Below, one piece after another: positions 9,028-18,612 of a DNA stretch of 64,000 nt (within the stretch, counting starts at the first letter, position 1; each line of letters begins with the position of its first letter). The notes under the pieces are model-generated. The model was not told where the DNA came from. It made no database searches and worked only from the letters and a program-made list of their open reading frames with translations. The translations under genes were made by a program, and so were the position numbers. The DNA is from a bacterium (lineage in GTDB: Bacteria > Fidelibacterota > Fidelibacteria > Fidelibacterales > Fidelibacteraceae), in NCBI GenBank assembly GCA_963676395.1, contig OY781066.1, positions 224,001 through 288,000 on the forward strand, in the 5' to 3' direction.

Positions 9028-10911
9028 TTACTTTACAATAGGCATATTATCAATATGATATGCATTTTCGGGAATTGATTTTACGGTAAAGACCGCATCA
9101 TTAAAATCTTCATCACAGCTGCTTGATTCACGATCAGTATCTTCGAAAGCAAGAATCAATTGTGTTCTTGTTGAATCATTAAGCAGAACATTATGCTGAA
9201 GCAGCTGAGGATCAGCATCTGTATTAAAAGCATAATTCGAATAATGCGTATATATACCATCCGTCATAGTTCCATAATGCCAGCCTTTGGAAACCAGAAA
9301 AAACCCAACAGCAGTACCGGCGGGAAATTTACCCAAGTGTACCGTATGCCCGGAAAGCAATGAACCACCACTACCCTGTTGTGAGACATTTGGAAAGATA
9401 ATAGTCATGTCAGTTAGGTCTTCCGATGAAGTGGGGGGATTTGCTGGATCAAAAGTATAAAAACCAAGACTATTGGTCCAACCGGCACCTTCCATAATAA
9501 AGGTTACATACAGATCAGCTTCTTCGGTCATTTCTACATTTGTGGTTGTACTATCGAAATATTCAGGATGATCATTTGGTGCACTACTGTATTCCGGAAG
9601 TGCCTCGTCAACGTCATTCAGGAAACTTGTATCAACCGTATCAATTTCAGGCTCAAGATAATCCGGTAAACCGTTACTATCCCAATCACCCAAATTTAAA
9701 TAATCACCTTCTTCAGGATTATAGCGTTGTACTTCAAGGATCTTAAAACCGCCAAAACCGGTAGCCACAAAAATCACATCATTTTCTGCTTCAACAAAGT
9801 TTGTAGATGATTGAAATTCCATACTGCCATAAATATCAATTGCTTCACCATCGTATTTTTTACCTACCCAAACACCCGAGGCACCGTTTGCAATTAATAT
9901 GAGTTCTTCATTTATACTCACTGAATTGGTAACATAATCAATATCATCGCCACCGGGAACAGTTACGGGACGATCCATTTGATCAACCACCATTCCGGTG
10001 GTAATATCAATGACCTTTAATCCTTCGTCATTCATTGCAATATATGCATAATCGCCATCAAGTGTAATTTCTGATTTAGATTCAGGAATAGTTAAACCAC
10101 CTACTGAATATGTATTCAAAAAACCACCACTTGCCTGATCAAATATATTTAAGACAAATGGAGAACCCGATAGTAGGGCAACTTGTTCATCATTAATGGA
10201 GATAGAGCGAGCATCAGCTGCCAAATATGATGTATCAATAACAAGTGAATCCGGATCTATAACAAATAAACTACCTGTTGAGCCGGTTGTTACATAAAGT
10301 TTTTCATCACCAATCTTAACATCGGTTGCAACATATGAGCTTAGATCAAGCTTGCTTGTATTATTTGATAATAAACCACCATCTAAAATCATTTTTTCAA
10401 GCACAGCCGGTGTTGTTAAGGATGGATTTAGGTATGTACTAACGGCTTCTGCCAAATATAGCACACCATCTTTGTGATCCACTGAAGAGACATCGGTATC
10501 AACAATGATCGCCTGTGAGATTAACTGAGGATTACGCACATCACTGACATCAAAGACGTCTATACCACCAAGATATTCCTCACCTTCACGGTTGTATGTA
10601 ACATATGCTTTATCATTATCAATGGTAACATGAGTTGCACGCAAAGTTTTACCATTGTACACAGGTGCATCAACTTCAGCTCTTAACACCAATACAAAAT
10701 CAGAACTATCAACGACGTTAACTTTTTCAAATGTACGACCATTGACTCCATTCAGACCCATAATTTCATCTTTGATCTCAACACGAGCGGATAATTCACC
10801 GGGATTATTGTTGATCAAGATACGTGCATCATCCTGGCGGTTATTGAACCAATCACAAGATCCGGCCAAAACAGCAAGAATAATAAGCATTAAAGGTAGT
10901 TTTGTCTTCAT
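9028..10911 (-). CDS. lipoprotein: LVIVD-like beta-propeller + DUF4114-like domain; paralog of the N-terminal ~625 aa of the adjacent gene
   Basis: Lipobox LAGSC; long near-identical blocks shared with 5777..8815 (FVLVLRAEV, YNREGEEYLGGI, LIANGASGVWVGKK, ILEVQRY.PEEGDYL.LGDWD). Confidence 0.8.
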   Translation of the reverse strand: MKTKLPLMLIILAVLAGSCDWFNNRQDDARILINNNPGELSARVEIKDEIMGLNGVNGRTFEKVNVVDSSDFVLVLRAEVDAPVYNGKTLRATHVTIDNDKAYVTYNREGEEYLGGIDVFDVSDVRNPQLISQAIIVDTDVSSVDHKDGVLYLAEAVSTYLNPSLTTPAVLEKMILDGGLLSNNTSKLDLSSYVATDVKIGDEKLYVTTGSTGSLFVIDPDSLVIDTSYLAADARSISINDEQVALLSGSPFVLNIFDQASGGFLNTYSVGGLTIPESKSEITLDGDYAYIAMNDEGLKVIDITTGMVVDQMDRPVTVPGGDDIDYVTNSVSINEELILIANGASGVWVGKKYDGEAIDIYGSMEFQSSTNFVEAENDVIFVATGFGGFKILEVQRYNPEEGDYLNLGDWDSNGLPDYLEPEIDTVDTSFLNDVDEALPEYSSAPNDHPEYFDSTTTNVEMTEEADLYVTFIMEGAGWTNSLGFYTFDPANPPTSSEDLTDMTIIFPNVSQQGSGGSLLSGHTVHLGKFPAGTAVGFFLVSKGWHYGTMTDGIYTHYSNYAFNTDADPQLLQHNVLLNDSTRTQLILAFEDTDRESSSCDEDFNDAVFTVKSIPENAYHIDNMPIVK

Positions 10912-11392
10912 TTCTCTCTCCTAAATTTTGTCTTCATTCATGAAGTTCATTTCATCGAACCTCACCTATACGACAAATTATAGCAAATATTCAACCGAAA
11001 TAAAAGAAAATTATCGAAATTAGGCATATATTAAATAATAATTAACTGTCAACAGGTCAATGATATATACCATATATACTTTCGATAATCAGACCCATTA
11101 TATTGATTTTTTCACTAAAAAGGTAATGCGATATTTTCATTAATAATGATAGTTGTATCTGCATCACTGCTCATTGCAGCAACATAGCCCAACGCTCAAT
11201 ACTTCCTGTGTTTGTAAACGTTTCCCCATTACATATTAAAGGAGCATCATCCCTTACGCTTATGCTGATGCCCGATAATTAAATAATATTAAGCATATAG
11301 GTGGACAAATTTTGTACCCTTGTGCAGTAATCATTAATCTATATATTTTAGTTAATTGTTTAATTTTCAATTGAAATGTAATGTGTTAATTG

Positions 11393-12403
11393 TCAATTAT
11401 TAAGCTCCTCAATTATCTCTTTCCTGATTTCCGAACCTTCGGGTGTCGGATACAACATCCCCACATGAAAAAGCCCTTCATATTCATGATATTTAAAGTC
11501 AATACCTAAATCGTTTGCCATATTGTTAAGTTTTCTACAATCGGCAACTAAAAGATCATGAGTCCCTACATACAAGGATATCGATGCCAAGCCCTCAAGA
11601 TCTCCATATATGGGAGATACCAGGTAGTGCTTCCTATCCACAGGTCCGGCATATTCATAACCGGCTTGTCTAATTGAAGAGATATTAAGAATAGGGTCAT
11701 CTTTATCGACTTCGATAATATCCGGATTATCAAGCGTTACATCAACACATGGTGATAAAAGGATCAATTGCTCCGGCTGCGGAAGTTTTTCAATTTTAAT
11801 TAATTGAGCCAAAGCCAAAGTCATGCCTCCCCCGGCAGAATCACCGATAATGCTAATGTCTTTTGGATCATGATCCCTTAATAAATCCTTATAGATCCTA
11901 AGTAGCAAATCAAACACATGTGTAACATTGTATTCGGGAGCCAAAGGATAGTCCGGTGCAACAACCTTTGCATGAAGTTGATCAATAATATGGCCTATAA
12001 AATACCAGTGCGCAGAAACAAAATTATATTTATATGCGCCACCATGGAGGTATAAAATAACCTTATTATTCATATCTTTGACAGGCTCCAAGGTCCAAAC
12101 ATTATGTCCCCACCTGTCATCAACATCAATATCATATCGCAAGTACAAACCGGTCAAAGGTCTAGCGGGAAATTTACGCGTCCTTTGATTAATATAATCA
12201 GACAACCGGTTTCCCTCTTTTACATTGGCCGAGCGCATACTATTCTCTAAAAATCTAGCCACCCAGCTTTGTCCCATAGTATCACTCATATCTTCCTCCT
12301 CAAAAATCAGCCAATTAATATCACGACATTGAAGATCACTTGGACTGATGATCAAAACCATTATAATAAAAACAAATGCTTTCTTTAATGTTCGAGTTAT
12401 CAT
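11393..12403 (-). CDS. alpha/beta hydrolase (HSL-family esterase/lipase), probably exported
   Basis: YLHGGAY, PDYPLAP, GDSAGG, catalytic D (GTHD) and H (GLFH); hydrophobic N-terminal signal. Confidence 0.88.
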   Translation of the reverse strand: MITRTLKKAFVFIIMVLIISPSDLQCRDINWLIFEEEDMSDTMGQSWVARFLENSMRSANVKEGNRLSDYINQRTRKFPARPLTGLYLRYDIDVDDRWGHNVWTLEPVKDMNNKVILYLHGGAYKYNFVSAHWYFIGHIIDQLHAKVVAPDYPLAPEYNVTHVFDLLLRIYKDLLRDHDPKDISIIGDSAGGGMTLALAQLIKIEKLPQPEQLILLSPCVDVTLDNPDIIEVDKDDPILNISSIRQAGYEYAGPVDRKHYLVSPIYGDLEGLASISLYVGTHDLLVADCRKLNNMANDLGIDFKYHEYEGLFHVGMLYPTPEGSEIRKEIIEELNN

Positions 12404-12408
12404 ATCAC

Positions 12409-13287
12409 CTATTTTCTCAAGGCTTCAATGATTATATCTCTGCAAAGTTTCCCTTCTTCCGTGGGATACAACATCCCACAGTGAAGCATTTTATCAATTT
12501 TTACATAATTTATTTTTTTCTCTATAGAATGCAAAAGCTCAGGAAGTTTCGATGCATCGGGGAATAAAATATCGTGAGTTCCGGCATACATACTAATCGG
12601 TGCCAGAGTTTCCATCTTCCCGAAAAGTGGTGATAAACGTGGATCTTTCAAATCAAGTCCACCTGCGTAAGCCGCAGCGGAATCTTTTAGTCCCTGAATA
12701 TTCAAGATGGGATCAAGTTTGTCAACTTTCTTGATCTCAGGATTCTCCATACTTAAGTCAAGCCAGGGTGATAAAAGCACCAGTTCGGCGGGTTGTTCTT
12801 CTTCAGTCAGTTGCTGACACAATGCCAAAGCCAGACCCGCTCCGGCAGAATCACCCATAACAATAAGATCCTCTCTATTAATACCCTTGATCACATCACG
12901 ATATAATTTAAGCATCATGGGAAGCAATTCACTTGCTGTAGTATCAGGTGCCAGCGGATAATCGGGAGCTAAAATATGACAAGCGGTTTTTTTGTATAAT
13001 TCACTTAAAAAATACCAATGCCCCATCGAAAATCCAGATACATATGCACCACCATGCAGGTATAATATATGTTTTCCTGTCGCTTTAGCATTCGGTAAAA
13101 CCGATATTAATTTAATTGAGGCGGTATCCCGATAAGTAATAGTCGCATTAATAAAAAAATATGAAGGCGGCACTGAAACATTTTTCATTTTTCGAAAGCC
13201 TTCATAAGTGTTACGCTCTTTGAAACGAATCATATAAAAGACCCTATCGAGCAGACGGTCCGAGAAGCTTTTTTTCTTATTATTCAT
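12409..13287 (-). CDS. alpha/beta hydrolase (HSL-family esterase/lipase), cytoplasmic paralog
   Basis: YLHGGAY, PDYPLAP, GDSAGA, LLSPWLD, GTHD; shares GMLYPT.EG with the neighbour. Confidence 0.88.
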   Translation of the reverse strand: MNNKKKSFSDRLLDRVFYMIRFKERNTYEGFRKMKNVSVPPSYFFINATITYRDTASIKLISVLPNAKATGKHILYLHGGAYVSGFSMGHWYFLSELYKKTACHILAPDYPLAPDTTASELLPMMLKLYRDVIKGINREDLIVMGDSAGAGLALALCQQLTEEEQPAELVLLSPWLDLSMENPEIKKVDKLDPILNIQGLKDSAAAYAGGLDLKDPRLSPLFGKMETLAPISMYAGTHDILFPDASKLPELLHSIEKKINYVKIDKMLHCGMLYPTEEGKLCRDIIIEALRK

Positions 13288-13672
13288 TCACAGAATATAA
13301 GAAATATTTCGAGTGAGAAAAATGATTTTCCGTTTTTAGCCATCCTGTTTGATTCTATTGGAATTTGAAGATGACTCTGACAATAACAAGAAAAATCAAT
13401 ACCCTCATTTTTTATATCATTTAAAACACGGCAAAAGGTATTTTTCAATTCGGAATTCATCAAAAAGGATGTAATCCTATTAACAAATTTGTCAAGTGGA
13501 AGGATATGTTGCATAAAGTGGATATAAAAATTAACCTATATCTCATCGAATTTCGATTGTTCACTCATTCGATTATTTTTGTCGCCTCCAATTTAAAAAA
13601 AATTAACAATGATTGTCTTTACATTCCCTCCTAAACTTTATACATTTCACCCTTAATATTAACGGAGTTCAT

Positions 13673-15622
13673 ATGCTAAACAGAAAAACACTTTTAATGA
13701 CACTTGTCACGCTGACTTTAAGCCTTAACCTCTATGCCGGTGGCTGGGAATATAATTCAAATATGTTTAATCCCAGCGGTGTACCCTCTTTAACCTTCTC
13801 TCAACCAAGATTTGCCGATATGGATGCCGATGGTGATTTGGATATGATCCTTGGATCTGGAGTCGGAGGACCATTATTCCTTAGTAATATTGGCAGTAAA
13901 ACTTCACCTAAATTTGTCCTTTCGGATAATATTTTCTCATCAATCAGTGAATTGGATGCCGAAGTTTCCGTTGCATATGATATTGATGCTGATGGTGACC
14001 TGGATATTATATGTGGTGGTTATACGGGATTAAATCTTTACCGTAACATTGGTAATGCTATCAACGCTTCCTTTGTAAAAGTCGACGATTTTTTTAATGA
14101 TATCAATGAAGGAGGTAATCCGGTCCCCGATATGGGTGATATTGACAACGATGGTGATCTTGATCTAATTGTTGGTAAAAGTGAAAGCGGTGAAATCCGT
14201 ATTTTTACTAACAGTGGATCGGATACGTCGGCAATTTTTCTTTCCAGTAATGCTTTAACACTGGATGATGTAGGATTGTATGCTTACCCGGTATTTACCG
14301 ATTTAGATAATGACGGTGATCTTGATATCGTCAGCGGAAAAGACGGATATGGTATTGTTTATTATAGAAACACCGGTACAGCGTCTGCCCCGGTATGGTC
14401 CGGATACGGTGGTCTTTTTCCTAGCATCGGCACTACAACATATTTTAACTCACCCGCAATGGTTGATATTAACAATGACGGTAAAATAGACCTGATCTAT
14501 GGAAACCATGACGGACCTTTAAAATATTTTAAAAACACCGGATCAAGCACCTCACCCAAATGGAGCGAAAATACAAGTTTATTTGGTGGCACTATTGATA
14601 TTGGCGCCGCAAGCACTCCCTTTTTCGTAGACAAAGATCGCGATGGTGACCTGGACATGATCACCGGTACACAAGCGGGTGATATTAAACTTTATAGAAA
14701 CGATGGCAATGCCAATACACCGGCGTTTACCTATTCTACCACCTACACACCATTAAAACATTCCATATACTCATCGGTATCATTCGCAGAAGCCAATGGC
14801 AATACCTCTTACGAAGCTCTGGTTGGCGATCTAAGCGGAAATATTTATTACCATACCGGATCTGGTTACAATTTTACTACAACATCAATGAATATTGGAA
14901 ACCACGGTGCTTGGTCTGCACCTCGATTTATTGACATGGATCATGATGGTGATATGGATATTGTTGTTGGAGATGAAGATGGGTACATATCGTACTACGA
15001 AAATACCGGATCAAGCACACAACCCTTATGGTCAATTATATTTGATTATTTCGATAGTTTGAAAGTTGGTGACAATGTCGTTCCAGCTTTTGCTGATCTT
15101 GATTTTGATGGGGATTATGATCTCTTGGCCGGATGTGGCTCTTATAAATTAAAGTATTTTGAAAATCAAGATGGCAATTGGGTTGAAGACACCACCATGG
15201 TGCAAGGACTTGTGGCCAAACAGAATGCTGCACCCGCCTTTGCGGACCTGGACGGTGATGGAGACCAGGATCTTATTATTGGGAATTACGACGGATATTT
15301 TGATTATTACGAAAATACTCGTGAAGTGGTTGCGATCAAAGAAACGGACATGCTCCCAAATTCTTATGAACTAGGTACATACCCCAATCCATTTAATCCA
15401 ACGACAACGATCAATTTTCAACTGGCAGTTGATAACGAGATCAATCTATCTATTTTCGATCTAAACGGAAAAATGATAGAAAAACTCTACAGTGGTTACA
15501 AACATGCCGGTATACATAACATCAAATGGAATGCCTCCAACTATAGTTCAGGTATTTATATTTGTCGTTTGATGGTTAATGGTAGAGTGGCTGAAAGTAA
15601 AAAGCTAACACTTCTAAAATAA
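13673..15622 (+). CDS. secreted FG-GAP/VCBS-repeat protein with T9SS type-A-like C-terminal domain
   Basis: GGAG RBS and signal peptide; about nine DxDxDGDxD Ca-binding repeats; C-terminal YPNPFNPTTTI...SSGIYICRL...SKKLTLLK. Confidence 0.88.
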   Translation: MLNRKTLLMTLVTLTLSLNLYAGGWEYNSNMFNPSGVPSLTFSQPRFADMDADGDLDMILGSGVGGPLFLSNIGSKTSPKFVLSDNIFSSISELDAEVSVAYDIDADGDLDIICGGYTGLNLYRNIGNAINASFVKVDDFFNDINEGGNPVPDMGDIDNDGDLDLIVGKSESGEIRIFTNSGSDTSAIFLSSNALTLDDVGLYAYPVFTDLDNDGDLDIVSGKDGYGIVYYRNTGTASAPVWSGYGGLFPSIGTTTYFNSPAMVDINNDGKIDLIYGNHDGPLKYFKNTGSSTSPKWSENTSLFGGTIDIGAASTPFFVDKDRDGDLDMITGTQAGDIKLYRNDGNANTPAFTYSTTYTPLKHSIYSSVSFAEANGNTSYEALVGDLSGNIYYHTGSGYNFTTTSMNIGNHGAWSAPRFIDMDHDGDMDIVVGDEDGYISYYENTGSSTQPLWSIIFDYFDSLKVGDNVVPAFADLDFDGDYDLLAGCGSYKLKYFENQDGNWVEDTTMVQGLVAKQNAAPAFADLDGDGDQDLIIGNYDGYFDYYENTREVVAIKETDMLPNSYELGTYPNPFNPTTTINFQLAVDNEINLSIFDLNGKMIEKLYSGYKHAGIHNIKWNASNYSSGIYICRLMVNGRVAESKKLTLLK

Positions 15623-15640
15623 TTTAATCTTAAAATGATC

Positions 15641-15668
15641 GTAAGGAACAGACATGTCTGTTCCTTAC
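15641..15668. repeat. perfect 28-bp palindrome (REP-like; may also act as terminator)
   Basis: gtaaggaacagaca|tgtctgttccttac, followed by tgtttt. Confidence 0.85.
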
Positions 15669-15690
15669 TGTTTTATCCGGTATTTTTTTT

Positions 15691-15746
15691 AAAGTCAAAT
15701 TATTTATTTGACTTTTCATGCTTATTATATATATTGTACATATACA
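15691..15746 (+). promoter_or_regulatory. putative promoter/operator of the GntR-ABC operon
   Basis: TTGACT at 15708-15713 inside inverted repeat aaagtcaaat-N5-atttgacttt; TATATT/TATTGT -10 candidates at 15730-15737 within tatatattgtacatataca. Confidence 0.5.
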
Positions 15747-15762
15747 TTTTAAGGTTTACTAC

Positions 15763-16140
15763 ATGCACATTTTAATTAAAAACACAAACGGGGAGCCAAT
15801 CTATCAACAGATAGTGACCCAGATCAAAAGTCTAATCATATCCGGAGCACTAAGCGAAGGTTCTGCCCTACCCTCTATGCGCAATCTTGCAAAAGAGCTA
15901 AGAATCTCGGTGATTACCACCAAGCGAGCATACGAGGAACTGGAGCGAGATGGTTTTATTGAAAGCTTTACAGGGAAAGGCTCCTTTGTTGCCGCAAAAA
16001 ATACCGAATTGATTCGCGAAGAACAATACCGCATCATTGAGGAATTTTTGCAACAAGCCATTTCATCAGCAAAACTGGGTGGTATTGACCTAAATGAACT
16101 AGAAAATATGTTAAAGCTACTTTACGAGGAGTCAGAATGA
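15763..16140 (+). CDS. GntR-family transcriptional regulator (YtrA subfamily)
   Basis: PIYQQI...LPSMRNLAKELRISVITTKRAYEELE..G...GKGSFV; short C-terminus; overlaps ABC ATPase start. Confidence 0.92.
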   Translation: MHILIKNTNGEPIYQQIVTQIKSLIISGALSEGSALPSMRNLAKELRISVITTKRAYEELERDGFIESFTGKGSFVAAKNTELIREEQYRIIEEFLQQAISSAKLGGIDLNELENMLKLLYEESE

Positions 16141-16988
16141 ACGAATATATTTTAGAAATTAAAGATCTAAATAAAAAATATGATGGTTTTGCAATAAAAG
16201 ATCTAAACCTGCAATTACCTTATGGCTGTATTATGGGATTCATCGGTGAAAATGGCGCCGGAAAGTCCACAACGATCAAACTTATTCTAAATCTAATAAA
16301 CAGTGACAGTGGAGAAATTACACTATTTGGTGAGCAGAATTTCCCACTTTCAAAAAAGCTGAAAGAAAATATCGGTGTTGTACTGGATGAAAATAGCTTT
16401 CCTCAGGATTTAAGTGTAAATACCATTCACAAGATAATGAAAAATAGCTTTAAGAACTGGAATGAAATTAAATTCAACAACTATTTAAAGCGCTTTACCC
16501 TTCCTTTGGATAAAAAAATAAAAGATCTGTCTCGTGGTATGAAAATGAAACTGTCACTGGCTATTGCCTTATCACACCAAGCAAAACTGCTTATCCTTGA
16601 TGAAGCTACATCGGGACTGGACCCTATCATTCGTGATGAGATTCTGGACCTATTCATGGAATTCATTCAAGATGAGTCACATTCGATTCTTGTTTCATCT
16701 CACATTATGTCGGATCTGGAAAAAATCTCTGACTATATCGCATTTATTCATAGCGGTGAAATGGTATTTTGTGAAGAAAAAGACAAACTAATAGAAAAAT
16801 ATGGCTTATTAAAATGCTCACATGAAGAATTCGAGACCATTGATAAAGCTTATGTAATTGGACAAAGAAAACACAGCTTTGGTGTAGAAGCTTTAATCAA
16901 AAAAAACATGATAAAGGGCAATTTTCAAATAGAAGCGGCAGGAATAGAGGATATCATGTTATATAATGTTAAGGAGATAAACTCATGA
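16137..16988 (+). CDS. ABC transporter ATP-binding protein (YtrB-like)
   Basis: Walker A GENGAGKS, signature LSRGM, Walker B LLILDE, SSH switch. Confidence 0.93.
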   Translation: MNEYILEIKDLNKKYDGFAIKDLNLQLPYGCIMGFIGENGAGKSTTIKLILNLINSDSGEITLFGEQNFPLSKKLKENIGVVLDENSFPQDLSVNTIHKIMKNSFKNWNEIKFNNYLKRFTLPLDKKIKDLSRGMKMKLSLAIALSHQAKLLILDEATSGLDPIIRDEILDLFMEFIQDESHSILVSSHIMSDLEKISDYIAFIHSGEMVFCEEKDKLIEKYGLLKCSHEEFETIDKAYVIGQRKHSFGVEALIKKNMIKGNFQIEAAGIEDIMLYNVKEINS

Positions 16989-17581
16989 GAGGTTTAATTA
17001 TAAAAGATCTTGCAAATATGTTAACACAAAAACGTTTACTCCTGATCATTGGCGTATTGATCCTAAGTGGTTTGCTTATTCCGGGAATGAATGCCGATTT
17101 TGCTCTAGGGTTGATCTCAACCATTTCAATTATAGTCTTATTGACCCTTTTCTCATTAGACGAGCTGAGCAATTGGAATAAGTATGCACTGACGATGGGA
17201 TTATCAAGAAAAGATCTGGTTTTAAGCAAATACATAATAGCAATCATATTCTTGGGAGTTACATTTTTGCTTGCAGTAATTCTTGGGATAATTGTAGGGC
17301 AAAGAAGTCCCGGTGAAATAATTACCGTTGCCGGCTTGATCGCATCATCCACAGCTGTAATTATTTCTTTCCTTTTGCCCCCTATTTTTTACATTGGCGT
17401 TCAAAAAAGCAAATTATTCATCATGATACCTATTATGATCATGGCTTTACTAGGTAAATATATTCCGGATATCTCACATGTCCTGGCATACTTAAAATAT
17501 TTACCTCTGCTAGCCGTAGCCTTGCTTTTAATCTCAATACAAGTGTCATTGATGTTGATCGCTAAAAAGGAATTTAACTAG
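16985..17581 (+). CDS. ABC-2 type transporter permease
   Basis: About 6 hydrophobic segments; MRGLIIKD start, DE..NW..Y..TM.LSRKDLVLSKY motif, KKEF end; ATGA overlap with the ATPase. Confidence 0.88.
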   Translation: MRGLIIKDLANMLTQKRLLLIIGVLILSGLLIPGMNADFALGLISTISIIVLLTLFSLDELSNWNKYALTMGLSRKDLVLSKYIIAIIFLGVTFLLAVILGIIVGQRSPGEIITVAGLIASSTAVIISFLLPPIFYIGVQKSKLFIMIPIMIMALLGKYIPDISHVLAYLKYLPLLAVALLLISIQVSLMLIAKKEFN

Positions 17582-17631
17582 CAATAAATTAACGCAAATG
17601 TATGAATGACTCTTTAGTCACTCAATAAAGG

Positions 17632-17664
17632 AAAAGGCAGCCTCATAGGTCTGCCTTATTTTTT
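17632..17664. terminator. bidirectional intrinsic terminator between convergent genes
   Basis: aaaaggcag...ctgcctt-attttttt. Confidence 0.7.
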
Positions 17665-17980
17665 ATTTCTTTTTCTTTCCGGCAGGTAGAACTCGTTCAC
17701 TCTGCCTCAAGAGTTCACAGAATTTTCGGGAATCCTCAAGTTCATCCGTAAGCAAATAAAAGTCTTTTGAGCCTTCATAAGCAGGTGCCAATTTGGGTTC
17801 ACCTAAAAGCTTTAAAGCCGCTTCATTGGGCTTAAGAAAAAACTGGTTATCGCAGACCAAACCCATGACTTTATCTTTGTAATATAAAGTTGCACCTCCA
17901 AACATATTTCGAGTGCGTACCCCATCCAGGTCAGATGCTTGGTCGAGGATGTAGTCAAGAAAATGTGGATCGTTTGGCAT
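17663..17980 (-). CDS. TfoX/Sxy N-terminal domain protein
   Basis: FLDYILDQ...RNMFGGATLYYKDKVMGLVCDNQFFLKP, PAYEGSKDFYL; probable start MPND at 17980. Confidence 0.85.
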   Translation of the reverse strand: MPNDPHFLDYILDQASDLDGVRTRNMFGGATLYYKDKVMGLVCDNQFFLKPNEAALKLLGEPKLAPAYEGSKDFYLLTDELEDSRKFCELLRQSERVLPAGKKKK

Positions 17981-18058
17981 AATGTTAGCTTTCTTTCTTA
18001 AAAGGTAAGGAACGGTCCAGTGCTTCGCCTGACGCGGTACGTCCATACCCTATTCTTA

Positions 18059-18595
18059 TTATTTATCGCTTTTCAACTTACTGTATACTTTCAGGTCAGT
18101 GTAGCTATTCTCTGTCAGTAATTCTCCATCTCTCTCAATTCCTTCAAATTGGAATCCCAATCTTTCAGGTATTTTAATACTGGCTGTATTCTCAACAGCA
18201 CATTTAATCTGAATGCGGTTCATCGCCAGTTCCTCAAAGGCAAAATGACACAATTTTGCTACGGATCTTGACACAATACCTTGCCCCTGATAGTTTTTGG
18301 ATATCCAGTAGCCGATTTCTGTTTTTCGATTTAGTCTATCTGTATCTTTAAAACCGATTAAACCAATAAATTGATCTTGTTTTCGAATTGTAAATACATA
18401 TTCAAATTTGTCATCGACGGCAGAAACAATAGAGTCTACAAAACTTTTCGTGTCAGATACTTTTTTAGTAAACTCTACGAAAGGCAGCCATTTCCCCAGA
18501 TACTCCCTTTGACCATCAATTATATTGAAAATATCTATCGAGTCTGTAGCTTTTAATTGCCTTAACTCAAGTTCTACGTCAACTTTTAATATCAT
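18059..18595 (-). CDS. GNAT acetyltransferase, RimL/RimJ family
   Basis: REYLGKWLPFV, TEIGYWISKNYQGQG, N.AS..IPERLGFQFEG..R. Confidence 0.9.
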   Translation of the reverse strand: MILKVDVELELRQLKATDSIDIFNIIDGQREYLGKWLPFVEFTKKVSDTKSFVDSIVSAVDDKFEYVFTIRKQDQFIGLIGFKDTDRLNRKTEIGYWISKNYQGQGIVSRSVAKLCHFAFEELAMNRIQIKCAVENTASIKIPERLGFQFEGIERDGELLTENSYTDLKVYSKLKSDK

Positions 18596-18612
18596 AAGCT
18601 AACTTATAGATT

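Noticed and set aside
5777..10911. Diversity-generating retroelement (TR/VR) explanation of the paralog similarity
   Set aside because: Differences are not adenine-specific, both copies are full coding genes, and no reverse transcriptase is present.
11000..11390. Riboswitch in the long spacer upstream of the lipoprotein pair
   Set aside because: I could not match the conserved cores of c-di-GMP, TPP, cobalamin, SAM or FMN riboswitches by eye; an Rfam scan is needed.
13284..13514. 76-aa ORF upstream of the esterases
   Set aside because: No motifs or RBS; lies in an AT-rich divergent promoter region and is probably spurious.
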